Positions 63,991 to 64,000 of a stretch of DNA of 64,000 bases are shown here, piece by piece; positions within the stretch are counted from its first letter, which is position 1; each line of letters begins with the position of its first letter. The notes under the pieces were generated by a model. The model was not told where the DNA came from. It searched no databases and saw only the letters and a list, made by a program, of their open reading frames with translations. The translations under genes and the position numbers were made by a program. Source of the DNA: Ophelia neglecta (taxonomy: Eukaryota); assembly GCA_965285935.1 (NCBI GenBank), contig OZ260665.1, positions 5,704,001-5,768,000 of the forward strand, read 5' to 3'.

Positions 63991-64000
63991 CCAATTCCGC

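Overview
Eukaryotic, AT-rich, intron-containing DNA from an invertebrate animal. A lophotrochozoan such as a mollusc is likely, inferred only from the repeat and protein families. All gene models were spliced by hand. (1) A complete 24-coding-exon gene on + (33510-46961, about 1305 aa) encodes an apparently chimeric type-I membrane protein. Its order is signal peptide, Cys-free prodomain with furin site, ADAMTS-type M12B zinc metalloprotease (HELGHNLGSKHD), ADAMTS Cys-rich domain, two PLAC-like 6-Cys modules, Thr-rich mucin stalk, three plexin-type IPT/TIG domains with a plexin-B-like RRRR site, TM helix and a Tyr-motif tail. (2) The first 8 exons of a divergently oriented paralogue lie on - (7005-201) and run off the left edge. 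(3) A 10-exon phospholipid scramblase (PLSCR family) gene lies on - (26013-16855) between them. Its exon 7 is flanked by an array of duplicated exon/donor junctions on one side and an 18-bp minisatellite on the other. (4) An orphan IPT exon and a TM exon lie downstream (49894-50857). (5) A BEL/Pao LTR element (52409-61853, TSD ATTGG) has an internal inversion. Its 5' LTR is interrupted by a young gag-integrase-only LTR element with non-canonical CG...CG termini and a 3-bp TSD (52458-55368). The window also holds a 59-bp G-rich satellite, a tRNA-derived SINE, MITEs, LINE relics and an unclassified repeat family.
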